This document shows, piece by piece, positions 1 through 9,321 of a DNA stretch of 21,560 nucleotides. The notes under the pieces were generated by a model. That model saw only the letters and a program-made list of their open reading frames with translations. It did not search any database and was not told the origin of the DNA. Source of the DNA: Polyangiales bacterium. GTDB taxonomy: Bacteria; Myxococcota_A; Polyangia; Polyangiales; Houyiibacteriaceae. The position numbers were made by a program, and so were the translations under genes. Within the stretch, counting starts at the first letter, position 1. Every line of letters begins with the position of its first letter. The stretch spans positions 1-21,560 of the forward strand of contig JBGCFM010000138.1 in NCBI GenBank assembly GCA_045106895.1. The letters run 5' to 3'.

Positions 1-2
1 TC

Positions 3-3000
3 GCATGGAACCGAAACCTCGAAGCTCAGCTTGGCGTCCGCGCAGACCTTCGCTCCCTCGATGGGTCGGAGCTTCTCGATGAACGGGAGCGCGTCGTCGT
101 CTTCGACGGCACGCCGCACGCCGTCAGCCGCGGCGCACATCGCGTCGCAGCGGGACAGCCCCTCGCCCTCTACTTTGATAACCCCGTGAGCGCCGCCAAC
201 CTGCGCGGTGACGTCATGGCGTACGAAGTCGGCGGAGGCGCACGCTCACTCCCCTTTACTCTGCGCTCTCGCGGTCGCGAAGACGCGCTCTTCCGCGTCG
301 ATCTTGTTCCAAGCCGTAGCCTCGAAGCTGGCTCCAACATCGGCGTCGCCCTCGCGCCGCGCTGGTGGACATGGGCCGGCGGAACACCCGGCGTGATGCG
401 CTTCATGGTGCAGCCCCCACCCCAGATCGAAGGCGTCGGTTGCAGCGCTGACGCCCGCGCGAGGTCCGGCTGCTCCTTTGGCGCCGCGCCGGGACGCGTC
501 GTCGACATCGAATCTCAGCTCGGTATCCTCGCCAGCGAAGAACTCGGCGACGCGGCTAGCACGTTCTTCTCAGTCTCTCCGCGGCTCCCCGGCGCGCGCC
601 TGGTGCGTGGTCCGAGCGGGCGCGTTCTCTCTCTGGAGGGAGAGTGGGCACCGGACCAGGTCTACGAAGTACGCTTCGGAGAGCTCCACGCTGCCTCCGG
701 CGCCCCCCTCCAGCGCATGGGACCCCTTGCCGTTCGCTCGCGCGGACGAACGCCGAGCGTCAGCGTTCAAGGAGGAGCGGCGCGCCTGAGCTATGAGCTC
801 GGCGCCGATCCTCTTCTTCACCTCACCGGCATCAACGTGCGCAAGGGCGCTCTCGTCTACCGGGCCGTCGCCCCAAACGAGCTCATGGACGCGGCACTCG
901 CTCCAGCTTCCTTCCTCCGCGCAACGCACCAGGACGACGCGTTCACGCCGATGGTGGACCTCATCCCCGACGCCCGCGCCAACCGTCCTGGACGCGGCAC
1001 CTACCGGTGGCGTGACGAATCGCGTTCCGCATCCACCGCCGTCGTGGGCTTCCGCGCCGGCGAAAGCGGCTCGTCGGTCACGCCGATGTTCCTTCAGCGC
1101 ACGGATCTCGCCCCGACGGTGCAAACGCTGGAAGACGGAGTTCAAGTGTGGCTGACGCGTCTCTCCGACGGCTCCCCCGTCGACGGAGCACGCGTCGTCG
1201 TTCGCGCCGCCGGCCAGGACGCCGAAGCCCTCGAAGGCACCACAGACTCGGACGGTTTGGTCTTCTTGCCCACCGAGGACTCCCTCCTCGGCGCACGCCT
1301 CGGGGTCGCAGCCTTCAAAGAAGACGACCAAGTGGCCCTCGTCGTCGAGCATTCCCGCGCCATTGGCCCAGCGCGCCTCGGCATCTACGCCGGCGGCGAC
1401 ACCTCCCTCGCCGGCGACTCCATCGCCGCGGTCATGAGCGACCGCGGCGCCTACCGCCCCGGCACCACCGTACGGGCCAGCGCCGCCATTCGCAGCACAG
1501 ACGGGAGCAACGTCGCCGCCATCGCCGGCGAAGAGTTCATTCTTCGCCTCACGAGCCCCTCCCAGCAATCCCCCATCGCCGAGGCGCTCGCGCAGTCGAG
1601 TGAGTTCGGCTTTGTCCATGCGGAGTTTGAGCTCCCGCAGACTAGCGCCCTCGGCAACTACGTGGTCTCCGTGCACCGTCCGGAGACCACCGACGCCGCG
1701 GAAGAGCAACTCGGCCAAACGAGTATTCGCGTCGCCAACTTCCGCCAGCCTTCCTTCCGTGTTGACGCGCAAGGACCCGCCCTCGTCATGACGGATGAAA
1801 CCCCGTCGTTCACCGTCGACGCCAGCTACCTCTTCGGTGCGCCCGTCGCCGACGCGGAGGTCGAGTGGTCGCTCCTACGCCGCGGCCCGGCGAGAGCCGC
1901 GAGCGAGTATCGCGGTTTCGTCTTCGGCCCCGTCGACGCCACCGTGTCACCACGCACCGAACACTCGGGAAGCGCACGCACGGGCGCGGACGGACGCGTC
2001 TCCTTCGAGACGGCCCTCGTCAGCGGCGCACGACGCGAGCGCCTGACCCTCGAGGTGGAAGTCCGCGACCCCACAGGCCAGTCCACCGCCGCGCACCACG
2101 ACCTCACTCTGCAGCCCGCAGCCTTTGAGATCGGACTTGAAAGCGGCGACGCGTGGGTGGATGCCGGCGAAACACTGGAACTCCGTGCCGTCGTTCTCGA
2201 CCCCGAAGGAACCGCCCTCGCTGGCCAGAACGTGCGGGGACGTATCCTCCGCGAAGGCTGGCACGGCTGGTGGGAATGGCATGGCGGAGAATCCTCCGGG
2301 TACCGCGTGCGTCGAGATCAACGCAGTGAAACGGTTCACACCTGCCGATTTGAGTCTGCGGACGCTTCCGCGGAAGCCGCCGGGTGCGACTTTGTTCCGG
2401 CGCGCCCGGGCACGTATGTGCTGGAAGTCGAGGCCGAGGACGGCGAAGGACGCAAGACCATCGCCTCACGTCGCCTCTACGTCGCTGGGCCCGGCGAGTA
2501 CCCGGACCGCGACGCGCCTGGCGCGCCCATCGCCGTCACGCCTCAACGACTCAGCTACCAAGTCGGCGACACCGCCCTCGTCGCCTTTGAGTCGCCCTGG
2601 GAGGGCGCGCAGGCCCTGCTGACGGTGCAGCGCGACGGCGTCCTGCACCACCAGCGCATGGAGGTCCAGAGCGGCGGAAATACGCTTGAGATCCCCATCG
2701 ACGACACCATGACGCCCAACGTCTACCTCACACTTACGCTTCTCCGCGGCCGTGATGGAGAACCTCAGGCGAGCGGCGACCCCGGCAGCCCGGACCTCCG
2801 CTATGGCGCCACGGAAATCTCCGTGCGTCCAGCAGGACAGTCGCTGGAAGTCACCATCGAAGCGGCCACGAACGCCGCCCCTGGCGAAGAGGTCGACGTC
2901 GAAGCCCTCGTTTCGCGTGGCGGCGCCGCCGCCCGAGCCGAGGTCACACTCTGGGCCGTCGACGAGGGGCTCCTCCGACTGACAGACTACGAGCCAAGCA

Positions 3001-5291
3001 ACCTAAGCGCGGGGCTCTTTCCGCGGCGCTCAGCGAGCTTCTCTTGGGAAGACGTCCGTCGCGGCCTCGTGAGCCGCATCATCCCAGAGCAGTGGCGCGC
3101 AGGTGGCGATGGCGGCGAGTCCGCCGGTGGACGCGTCCTTCGACCCGATGAGACCTACCCGGAGCCCGTGCCTCTGTGGGCCCCTGGCCTCATGACAGAC
3201 GAAGACGGTCGCGTCCGCGCCACGATTCGTCTCCCGGAGCGCGCCACCGAGTACCGCATCATGGCCATCGCGATGGACGAGGCGGCGGCCTTCGGGAAAG
3301 CCAGCGCTCCGCTCTCCGTCGAAGCGGAGGCCGTGCTTCGCGATAGCCTCCCGCGCTTCGCCACCGCCGGCGACACCTTCAAGGCGCGTTTCATGCTCCA
3401 CGCCACGGGCGGTGCATTGTCTGGCACGTTCGAGGTTCAGCTCGGCAACGAGCGCCATGAGCGCCGCGTCGAGCTTGAAGAAGGCGCATCGGCGAGCTTC
3501 GAGTTCGACGTGACGGCTCCGAACCGGGACGCCCTTCGTATTCGTTCCCGCTTCGGCGAGGTTCACACCGATCGCACCCTACGAATCGCGCCGCGTGCCC
3601 GCTGGAATCGCCGTATCGCCTACGGCGCGGTGCAGGGGGCTCATGGTTCGCCGACAAACCCCGGCATCACCCTTCGCTTTCCAAACGTCGAACGAGGCCA
3701 TGCACGCATCCACGTCGCGACACATCCCTTCCTCGGCTTCGATGCGCTACCTGCGCGGATCGCGGAGTCGCCGTGGCAGAGCGTCGAAGACCGCGCCTCG
3801 CGTGTTCTTCTCCTCGCCGCCAGCCAGGAACTCGCCAGCGGCCTCTCCTCCGCCGACAACCACCGCATCGGCGCTCCTGGCGAGCATGAAGAACGAATGA
3901 CCCGCGGCAACGACGCCGTTGAACACCTGCTGCGCATTCAGCTCGAGGACGGCGCCTTCGGCCGCTGGGCATCCAGCGGATGGTCCTCGCCTTGGGAGAG
4001 CGCCATGGGCGTCCACGCCCTCGTCGCTGCAAAGAACGCGGGCTTCCATGTCCCCTCCATCGCCTACACCCGGGCCCTCGAGTGGCTCCGCGCCACCATC
4101 CAGCGCCGCCCCTACGCCGAATACCGTTTCGCCGACGCAGACGCCGGCATCGCCTACGCCGTCCGCGTCCTGACAGAGGCCGGAGAGCGCGCTCCTAGCG
4201 TCACCGAAGAGCTCTTCGAGAGGCGCGGTCAGCTCAGCCTCTTGGCCCGCGCGCTCCTCGCCCTGGCAATGGAAGACGCCGAGAAGGGGGAGCAGAACAC
4301 CCTCGCCCTCGAGGTCGCCGACTACGCCATGAACGACCACACGGCGGACGACACGCTCCCCTATAGCGTGCGCTACCCAGACCTCCGCGGCAGCGTCCTC
4401 GGGCCTATCGTCGAAGCCCTCGCCGCGACGCGCGTCGGGCGGGAACACCTCGGCGCCGTCTCCCAGCGTCTCCTCGCAGCGACGACTCCCCACGCGGCCT
4501 ACGGTTGGCAGTCGAGCGTCGACGCGGCCTTCGCGGCCCGTGGACTCGCCGCCTACGCGCGTCTGTTCAGAGGCTCCGCCATTGGCCCCGTCACCCTCGA
4601 CGGCGTCGAGCTTCGAGCGGAGTCCTCCAGCGTCGACGCCGCGCGTTTCGAGGTACCTCTCGCTGCGCTCGGAGGCGCGGACCACCTCGTGGTCCTCGAG
4701 TCTCCCTCGGACGCCCCGCTCTTCTTCAGCGTCGAGAGCGACTACGCCGAAGCCCTGAATGCGACAGACTACGTCGCGCGTGGTGCACGCGTGGCGATCC
4801 ACCGCCGCTATGAGCTCATCGATGGACGGCCCGTCACCGGCGACACGGAGCTCCCTCTTGGCACCATGGTTCGCGTTCGCCTCTTCGTGTACTCGGAATC
4901 GCCAAGCCAGCACCCCGTCGCTATTCACGACCCCCTCGCCGCAGGCTTCGAACCCATCGAAGACGCCTTCAATACCAGCGCCCATGACGCCGTCGCGTCC
5001 ATGCTGGGTGCCGGGCCCAGCGATGACGCCCGCGACCCTCGTGGTTATCACGCGTATCGCTCGGCGGGTTCCATCACGCACCGCGCCCTCGAGCGAAACG
5101 CCGCGGTCTTCACACTGGAGAGCCTGCCGGCGCGCCTGCAGGAGTACACCTACGTGGTCCGCGCCACCACGCCTGGTCACTTCACCGCGCCGCCTGCGCA
5201 GATCGAGTCGGAGCGCGACCCCAGCTTCGTCGCTCGAAGCGCCGTACACGAGCTGAGCGTCGCTGCTCCGACGAGCGCCGCCGCGCCGTGA
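3..5291 (+). CDS. Bacterial alpha-2-macroglobulin family protein, 5'-truncated by the window edge
   Basis: The frame of ORF 186..5291 is open back to base 3 (AWNRNLEAQLGVRAD...), so the true start lies upstream. Motifs: MG2-type SDRGAYRPG, FRQPSFRV, VTLWAVDEG, LWAPGLMTDEDG..TIRLPERATEYRIMAIA, LPRFATAGD, QLEDGAFGRW, and C-terminal DPLAAGFE / YVVRATTPGHFTAPPA. Directly followed by pbpC, the known A2M-pbpC arrangement. Confidence 0.93.
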   Translation, partial: AWNRNLEAQLGVRADLRSLDGSELLDERERVVVFDGTPHAVSRGAHRVAAGQPLALYFDNPVSAANLRGDVMAYEVGGGARSLPFTLRSRGREDALFRVDLVPSRSLEAGSNIGVALAPRWWTWAGGTPGVMRFMVQPPPQIEGVGCSADARARSGCSFGAAPGRVVDIESQLGILASEELGDAASTFFSVSPRLPGARLVRGPSGRVLSLEGEWAPDQVYEVRFGELHAASGAPLQRMGPLAVRSRGRTPSVSVQGGAARLSYELGADPLLHLTGINVRKGALVYRAVAPNELMDAALAPASFLRATHQDDAFTPMVDLIPDARANRPGRGTYRWRDESRSASTAVVGFRAGESGSSVTPMFLQRTDLAPTVQTLEDGVQVWLTRLSDGSPVDGARVVVRAAGQDAEALEGTTDSDGLVFLPTEDSLLGARLGVAAFKEDDQVALVVEHSRAIGPARLGIYAGGDTSLAGDSIAAVMSDRGAYRPGTTVRASAAIRSTDGSNVAAIAGEEFILRLTSPSQQSPIAEALAQSSEFGFVHAEFELPQTSALGNYVVSVHRPETTDAAEEQLGQTSIRVANFRQPSFRVDAQGPALVMTDETPSFTVDASYLFGAPVADAEVEWSLLRRGPARAASEYRGFVFGPVDATVSPRTEHSGSARTGADGRVSFETALVSGARRERLTLEVEVRDPTGQSTAAHHDLTLQPAAFEIGLESGDAWVDAGETLELRAVVLDPEGTALAGQNVRGRILREGWHGWWEWHGGESSGYRVRRDQRSETVHTCRFESADASAEAAGCDFVPARPGTYVLEVEAEDGEGRKTIASRRLYVAGPGEYPDRDAPGAPIAVTPQRLSYQVGDTALVAFESPWEGAQALLTVQRDGVLHHQRMEVQSGGNTLEIPIDDTMTPNVYLTLTLLRGRDGEPQASGDPGSPDLRYGATEISVRPAGQSLEVTIEAATNAAPGEEVDVEALVSRGGAAARAEVTLWAVDEGLLRLTDYEPSNLSAGLFPRRSASFSWEDVRRGLVSRIIPEQWRAGGDGGESAGGRVLRPDETYPEPVPLWAPGLMTDEDGRVRATIRLPERATEYRIMAIAMDEAAAFGKASAPLSVEAEAVLRDSLPRFATAGDTFKARFMLHATGGALSGTFEVQLGNERHERRVELEEGASASFEFDVTAPNRDALRIRSRFGEVHTDRTLRIAPRARWNRRIAYGAVQGAHGSPTNPGITLRFPNVERGHARIHVATHPFLGFDALPARIAESPWQSVEDRASRVLLLAASQELASGLSSADNHRIGAPGEHEERMTRGNDAVEHLLRIQLEDGAFGRWASSGWSSPWESAMGVHALVAAKNAGFHVPSIAYTRALEWLRATIQRRPYAEYRFADADAGIAYAVRVLTEAGERAPSVTEELFERRGQLSLLARALLALAMEDAEKGEQNTLALEVADYAMNDHTADDTLPYSVRYPDLRGSVLGPIVEALAATRVGREHLGAVSQRLLAATTPHAAYGWQSSVDAAFAARGLAAYARLFRGSAIGPVTLDGVELRAESSSVDAARFEVPLAALGGADHLVVLESPSDAPLFFSVESDYAEALNATDYVARGARVAIHRRYELIDGRPVTGDTELPLGTMVRVRLFVYSESPSQHPVAIHDPLAAGFEPIEDAFNTSAHDAVASMLGAGPSDDARDPRGYHAYRSAGSITHRALERNAAVFTLESLPARLQEYTYVVRATTPGHFTAPPAQIESERDPSFVARSAVHELSVAAPTSAAAP

Positions 5292-7522
5292 TGCTTTGGT
5301 CGACCCACTCGGGCTTCGCCAAACGCGTCGTCCTCTCGCTGGCCCTCGCCCTCGTGATCCATACGCTCTGGCCCTATGCGGCGCCGGGGCTCATCGAGCC
5401 GGCGCTCTTCGTCCAGCCGCGCGACTCCTTTCGAATCACCGACCGCCAAGGCCTCGCTCTTCGCCTGACGCGGCCCGACGGGGAAGACCGCCGCTGGGTG
5501 CGGCTGGAAGACGTCTCGCCGCGCCTCATCGAAGCGTTCCTCGCCACCGAAGACGCTGACTTCTACCAGCATGAAGGCGTCGATTGGAGCGCGACGCTCC
5601 GCGGCAGCGTCTCCTTCATCACGCCGGGGAGACGCCTCAGCGGCGGCTCCACGCTCTCTCAGCAAACCGTCAAGCTCGTCTACGGACGCCCCCACGGCCT
5701 CTGGGACAAGCCCTTCGAGATGCTCCGCGCCCTGGCGTTGGAAGAACATTTCTCCAAGCGCGAGATCCTCGAGCAGTACATCAATCGTGTCCCCTTCGGC
5801 GATCAGATCGTCGGCGTCGCCCGCGCCAGCGAGGCTTACTTTGGCAAAGCGCCGAGCGAACTGAGCGTCGGCGAAGCAGCCCTCCTCGCGGGCATCCCTC
5901 AAGCCCCAAGCGCGACGGAACCACGACGTCATCGCGAACGCGCCATCCGTCGCCAACGTTTCGTACTGCACCGCATGCGCGCCACCGGCGCTATCTCGGA
6001 GACCATGCTGCAGAGTGAGCTCGCGCGCTTTCCGCGTATCCGCGACGAATCCACCCGGCCGTGGCACGCGCCGCGTTTCGTGGAGCGTGTCCTCGCGAGC
6101 GGCGAGCGGCGGAGTGAAAGCGAACTACGCACCAGCCTCGACCGCGCGCTCCATGCCGAAGCACGCGACCTCACCGCCGCCGCCGTACGTCAGCTGCGCA
6201 GCCGAGGCGTTCAGAACGGAGCGGCGGTGGTCCTTCACAACGGCACGGGCGAGGTCCTCGCCTACGTGTCCGCGGCGGACCCCCGTGGGGAAGGCGCTTC
6301 CTTGGACCTTCTCCGCGCACGCCGGCAGCCCGGCTCGTCCCTCAAACCCTTCGTCTACGAGCTCCTCTTCGAACGCGGAGGACACCCTGCGACCTGGCTC
6401 GATGACATCTCCACGCCGATGACCGGCGCCGGCGGGGCGCTCTTCGAGACCCAAGACTACGACGGCCGCGAGCGTGGTCCTGTTCTCGCCCGCTTCGCCC
6501 TCGCGTCCTCGCTCAACCTGGCCGCCATCGACGCAGCGCGCCGCGCCGGCTCAACGCGCCTCGCGCTGCGCCTTGGGGAGCTCGGCTTTGATGTCGGTCG
6601 CGCTGAAGATCACGGCGCGGGACTCGCCCTCGGCGGCATCGACGTCTCCCCCATGCAGCTCGCTCGCGCGACGCAAACTCTGGCTCGCTTCGGCAGACGA
6701 CTTGAGCCCGTCTACGCCCCCGGGACCTTGCGCTCAGGAAGGCGTGTCATGGAGCGAAGCGCGGCTGCCTTGGCGGTGGACGTCCTCCGCGACGGCGACG
6801 CACGGCGCGCGGCTTTCGGACGCGATCTCGAAGACATCGCCGGTGGCCCCTTTGGTCTCAAGACGGGAACCAGCAGCGCCTGGCATGACGCTTGGGCCAG
6901 CGCCTTCGACGAACACTTCAGCGTGGTGGTCTGGCTCGGCGATCCCGCCGGCGCTGCCATGAATGAAGTCTCCGGCTTCGAAGCCGCAGCGCCGGTGGCG
7001 GCGCGCATTCTTGCCGCCGCGCGGGTGCGGGCGGACCTCTACGAAGGCCCAGGCAAAGCCGGCGATGCACCCTCGAGTGAAGAGGCGCTTGTTTGCTCGC
7101 TCAGCGGCGCTCGCCCGAACCAGAGCTGTCCCGCGGCGCACCTTGAACGCTTCTCGCCGGGCGGCTCCCCGGCGCACGTGTGTGACGTGCACGAAGCGAA
7201 CGGCGACGTCCGCCTGCCTGCCCGCTACGCCCGCTGGAGTGCCGCGATGCGCCGAACCCAAGACCGCATCGCGACCAGCGGTGCCGCCCCGCTGCGAATC
7301 GCCTACCCCACACAAGGCGCGCAGCTGCTTATCGACGCTCGCCGACCACCGACTATCCCTCTACGCGCCGCCCGCGGCCGCGACGATGTCTCCGCGGAGT
7401 TCTTTGTCGATGGGCGCGCTGTCCGGCGCTGGGTGCCAACTCCCGGGGCCCACCAAATCACTGCGGTGTTTGAGGGACAGCGCGTCAGCGTCGAGGTCGA
7501 GGTTCGCTCGACTCGCCGCTGA
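5288..7522 (+). CDS. pbpC: Penicillin-binding protein 1C (bifunctional transglycosylase/transpeptidase)
   Basis: N-terminal hydrophobic anchor; GT51 motifs FLATEDADFYQHEGVD and SGGSTLSQQTVK; transpeptidase SxxK (PGSSLKPF), SxN (SLN) and KTG (LKTGTS). GTGA overlap with the A2M stop; ATG at 5291 is an alternative start. Confidence 0.92.
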   Translation: MMLWSTHSGFAKRVVLSLALALVIHTLWPYAAPGLIEPALFVQPRDSFRITDRQGLALRLTRPDGEDRRWVRLEDVSPRLIEAFLATEDADFYQHEGVDWSATLRGSVSFITPGRRLSGGSTLSQQTVKLVYGRPHGLWDKPFEMLRALALEEHFSKREILEQYINRVPFGDQIVGVARASEAYFGKAPSELSVGEAALLAGIPQAPSATEPRRHRERAIRRQRFVLHRMRATGAISETMLQSELARFPRIRDESTRPWHAPRFVERVLASGERRSESELRTSLDRALHAEARDLTAAAVRQLRSRGVQNGAAVVLHNGTGEVLAYVSAADPRGEGASLDLLRARRQPGSSLKPFVYELLFERGGHPATWLDDISTPMTGAGGALFETQDYDGRERGPVLARFALASSLNLAAIDAARRAGSTRLALRLGELGFDVGRAEDHGAGLALGGIDVSPMQLARATQTLARFGRRLEPVYAPGTLRSGRRVMERSAAALAVDVLRDGDARRAAFGRDLEDIAGGPFGLKTGTSSAWHDAWASAFDEHFSVVVWLGDPAGAAMNEVSGFEAAAPVAARILAAARVRADLYEGPGKAGDAPSSEEALVCSLSGARPNQSCPAAHLERFSPGGSPAHVCDVHEANGDVRLPARYARWSAAMRRTQDRIATSGAAPLRIAYPTQGAQLLIDARRPPTIPLRAARGRDDVSAEFFVDGRAVRRWVPTPGAHQITAVFEGQRVSVEVEVRSTRR

Positions 7523-7537
7523 GCTCTGCGGAGTCTT

Positions 7538-8413
7538 CTACTCCGCCGCGGGAGCCGCAGCTGGCTTCACGAAACGAAGCGTCATGCGGTCGCTCTCGCC
7601 GAGGTTCCGAAGCGACTCATCGCCACCACGAAGTCCGGGAGGCATCGACCAGACGCCGTCCGGGTGAACATGTGTGTCCTGGGGGTTGGCGTTCAGCTCG
7701 GAGCGCTCCGCGAGGGTGAAGCCGGCGGCTTCGGCGTATCCGATAACGGCGGCTTCCGTGAGGTAACCCGCGCTACCGTCCGTGGCGACGTCGAGACCTT
7801 CAGGCATACGGTGGGCGACGATGCCTAGGACTCCGCCGGGCTTCAAGACGCGAGCCATCGCGGCGAAGTACTCGGCGACGGGACCATCGTTGCGCACCAT
7901 GTTGTGCACGGCGCGGAAGACAAGCACGGCGTCTGCGGACGCGTCGGGGACGTCCGCCATGAGCTGATCGCCGGTGAACACGACGTGCTCAATCTGGTCG
8001 TAGACCTCTGGGCGCTCCGCGAGCTTCTCCCGGTAGGTGCGCTCATAGCCACCGCGACGGCCGGTGTCCTCGGGGTCGTAGCCCGCCGCGATGAGCGTGC
8101 CGTGATCTCGCAGCATCGGCGCAAGGACTTCCGAGTACCAGCCACCACCAGGCCAAACCTCGACGACGCGCATCTCTGGCGTGATGCCGAAGAACGCCAG
8201 CGTTTCCGCAGGATGACGGAACTCATCACGCGCGCGATGCTCGTCCGAACGATGCGCTCCGGCGAGGGCCGCAGCCACAGACCCGGTCTGCACCGTCGCC
8301 TCGACGGGCGCCGTTTCCGCACCCGCCGTGCTTTCCGCCGGCGCCTCCGTGCTCGCGCTCGGCCCGCCACAGGCGATGCAAAGAAGAAGAGAGAAGAACA
8401 TTGCTTTCGTCAT
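7538..8413 (-). CDS. Predicted class I SAM-dependent methyltransferase with lipoprotein signal (COG4798-like)
   Basis: Family-typical RDEFRHPAETLAFFG, VVEVWPGGGWYSEVLAP, LKPGGVLGIVAHR, GVWSMPP, GESDRMTLRFVKP; signal FFSLLLCIAC. Start uncertain (ATG at 8425, 8413 or 8401); the ORF-track extension to 8545 is probably not coding. Confidence 0.85.
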   Translation of the reverse strand: MTKAMFFSLLLCIACGGPSASTEAPAESTAGAETAPVEATVQTGSVAAALAGAHRSDEHRARDEFRHPAETLAFFGITPEMRVVEVWPGGGWYSEVLAPMLRDHGTLIAAGYDPEDTGRRGGYERTYREKLAERPEVYDQIEHVVFTGDQLMADVPDASADAVLVFRAVHNMVRNDGPVAEYFAAMARVLKPGGVLGIVAHRMPEGLDVATDGSAGYLTEAAVIGYAEAAGFTLAERSELNANPQDTHVHPDGVWSMPPGLRGGDESLRNLGESDRMTLRFVKPAAAPAAE

Positions 8414-8531
8414 GCGGCCGGACATAGGACGAAGCACCACAAACGCCAAGGGGTGCCCGAGCGGCGACGGGCGAAACACGTGCTTTTGTGAATGCCACGC
8501 ATTCGCTTTTCGCCCTCTTTGTGGGAGGACC

Positions 8532-8559
8532 GGAACTATTTCCATCCCTTGGAATCCAA
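8532..8559 (+). promoter_or_regulatory. Putative ECF sigma (sigmaE-like) promoter
   Basis: GGAACT (8532-8537), 17-nt spacer, TCCAA (8555-8559); resembles the GAACTT-N16-TCAAA consensus and ends 6 nt before ATG 8566. Confidence 0.5.
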
Positions 8560-8565
8560 GGTGTG

Positions 8566-9321
8566 ATGAAACCCCTCGTTCTCATTCTCGGCCTCATTGG
8601 CTGCGGCACGTCAACCACCACACCCCGGCACAGCGCCGGTGGTGAGTTTACTCGTGAGGAGGCCATCCACGCCGAAGCCGGACGCGCGGAGCCCGCACCC
8701 GCCAGCCGGTCTGCGCTCGCCGCCGCAGAGCCTCCTGCATCGCGGAGCGACGCCGCAGCGCAGAGCGCAGCGACCGGCGCGCGTTGCGCTCTGGTCTCGA
8801 TCACTCCCGGATTGCCCCCTCCGCCGCCAAGAGCGCCCCGTACTCCAGAACTCGATGCGCTGCGCGTCACCTACGAAGCGAGCCTTGCGCCGGCTTTCTC
8901 TTCGCCAAGAGACGACTCCATGTCCAGCATCAACACCTGGACACAGACTGTCTTCTCGGCATGGCTCCGTGACGCCACGGCTCGCCTTCAAACGCTCGCG
9001 TTACACTCCTCACGCGTTCCCCTCGCGGACGCCCCCTACGCGCGCGCATGGCTCAGCCGCGCCTACGCGGTGTTCGTGGAGCGCTTTCATTCTGCACCCA
9101 TACCGAACGCCATCGGCGGCGACCCGCAGATGCGCTCCATGTACACACGCGCGCTCTCCGAGCACACCCAGCCGCTGCTACAGCAGTCTCTGGAGATGCT
9201 TGAGGGCGTCGTTTATCCAAGTGCGTGGGCCGACTGGAAGACCGAGATGACGCACTGGCTAGACCAGGAGGGATGCGCATTCCACGAACCGGAAACCCAA
9301 CTTAGCGGGAACGCGCGTTGA
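8566..9321 (+). CDS. Hypothetical lipoprotein with Pro/Ala-rich linker and helical C-terminal domain
   Basis: ATG 8566 gives MKPLVLILGLIG-C (lipobox), then a low-complexity linker and amphipathic helices. Its 3' end overlaps the convergent gene by 20 bp. Confidence 0.72.
   Translation: MKPLVLILGLIGCGTSTTTPRHSAGGEFTREEAIHAEAGRAEPAPASRSALAAAEPPASRSDAAAQSAATGARCALVSITPGLPPPPPRAPRTPELDALRVTYEASLAPAFSSPRDDSMSSINTWTQTVFSAWLRDATARLQTLALHSSRVPLADAPYARAWLSRAYAVFVERFHSAPIPNAIGGDPQMRSMYTRALSEHTQPLLQQSLEMLEGVVYPSAWADWKTEMTHWLDQEGCAFHEPETQLSGNAR

Noticed and set aside
570..6067. Long antisense ORFs (570..1772, 3747..5249, 5177..6067) and many Arg/Pro/Ser-rich alternate-frame ORFs
   Set aside because: They are shadows of well-supported genes in high-GC DNA and have no recognisable motifs.
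8481..8497. Minus-strand TGGCATTCACAAAAGCA as a sigma54 promoter
   Set aside because: GG-to-GC spacing is 11 nt, not the required 10.
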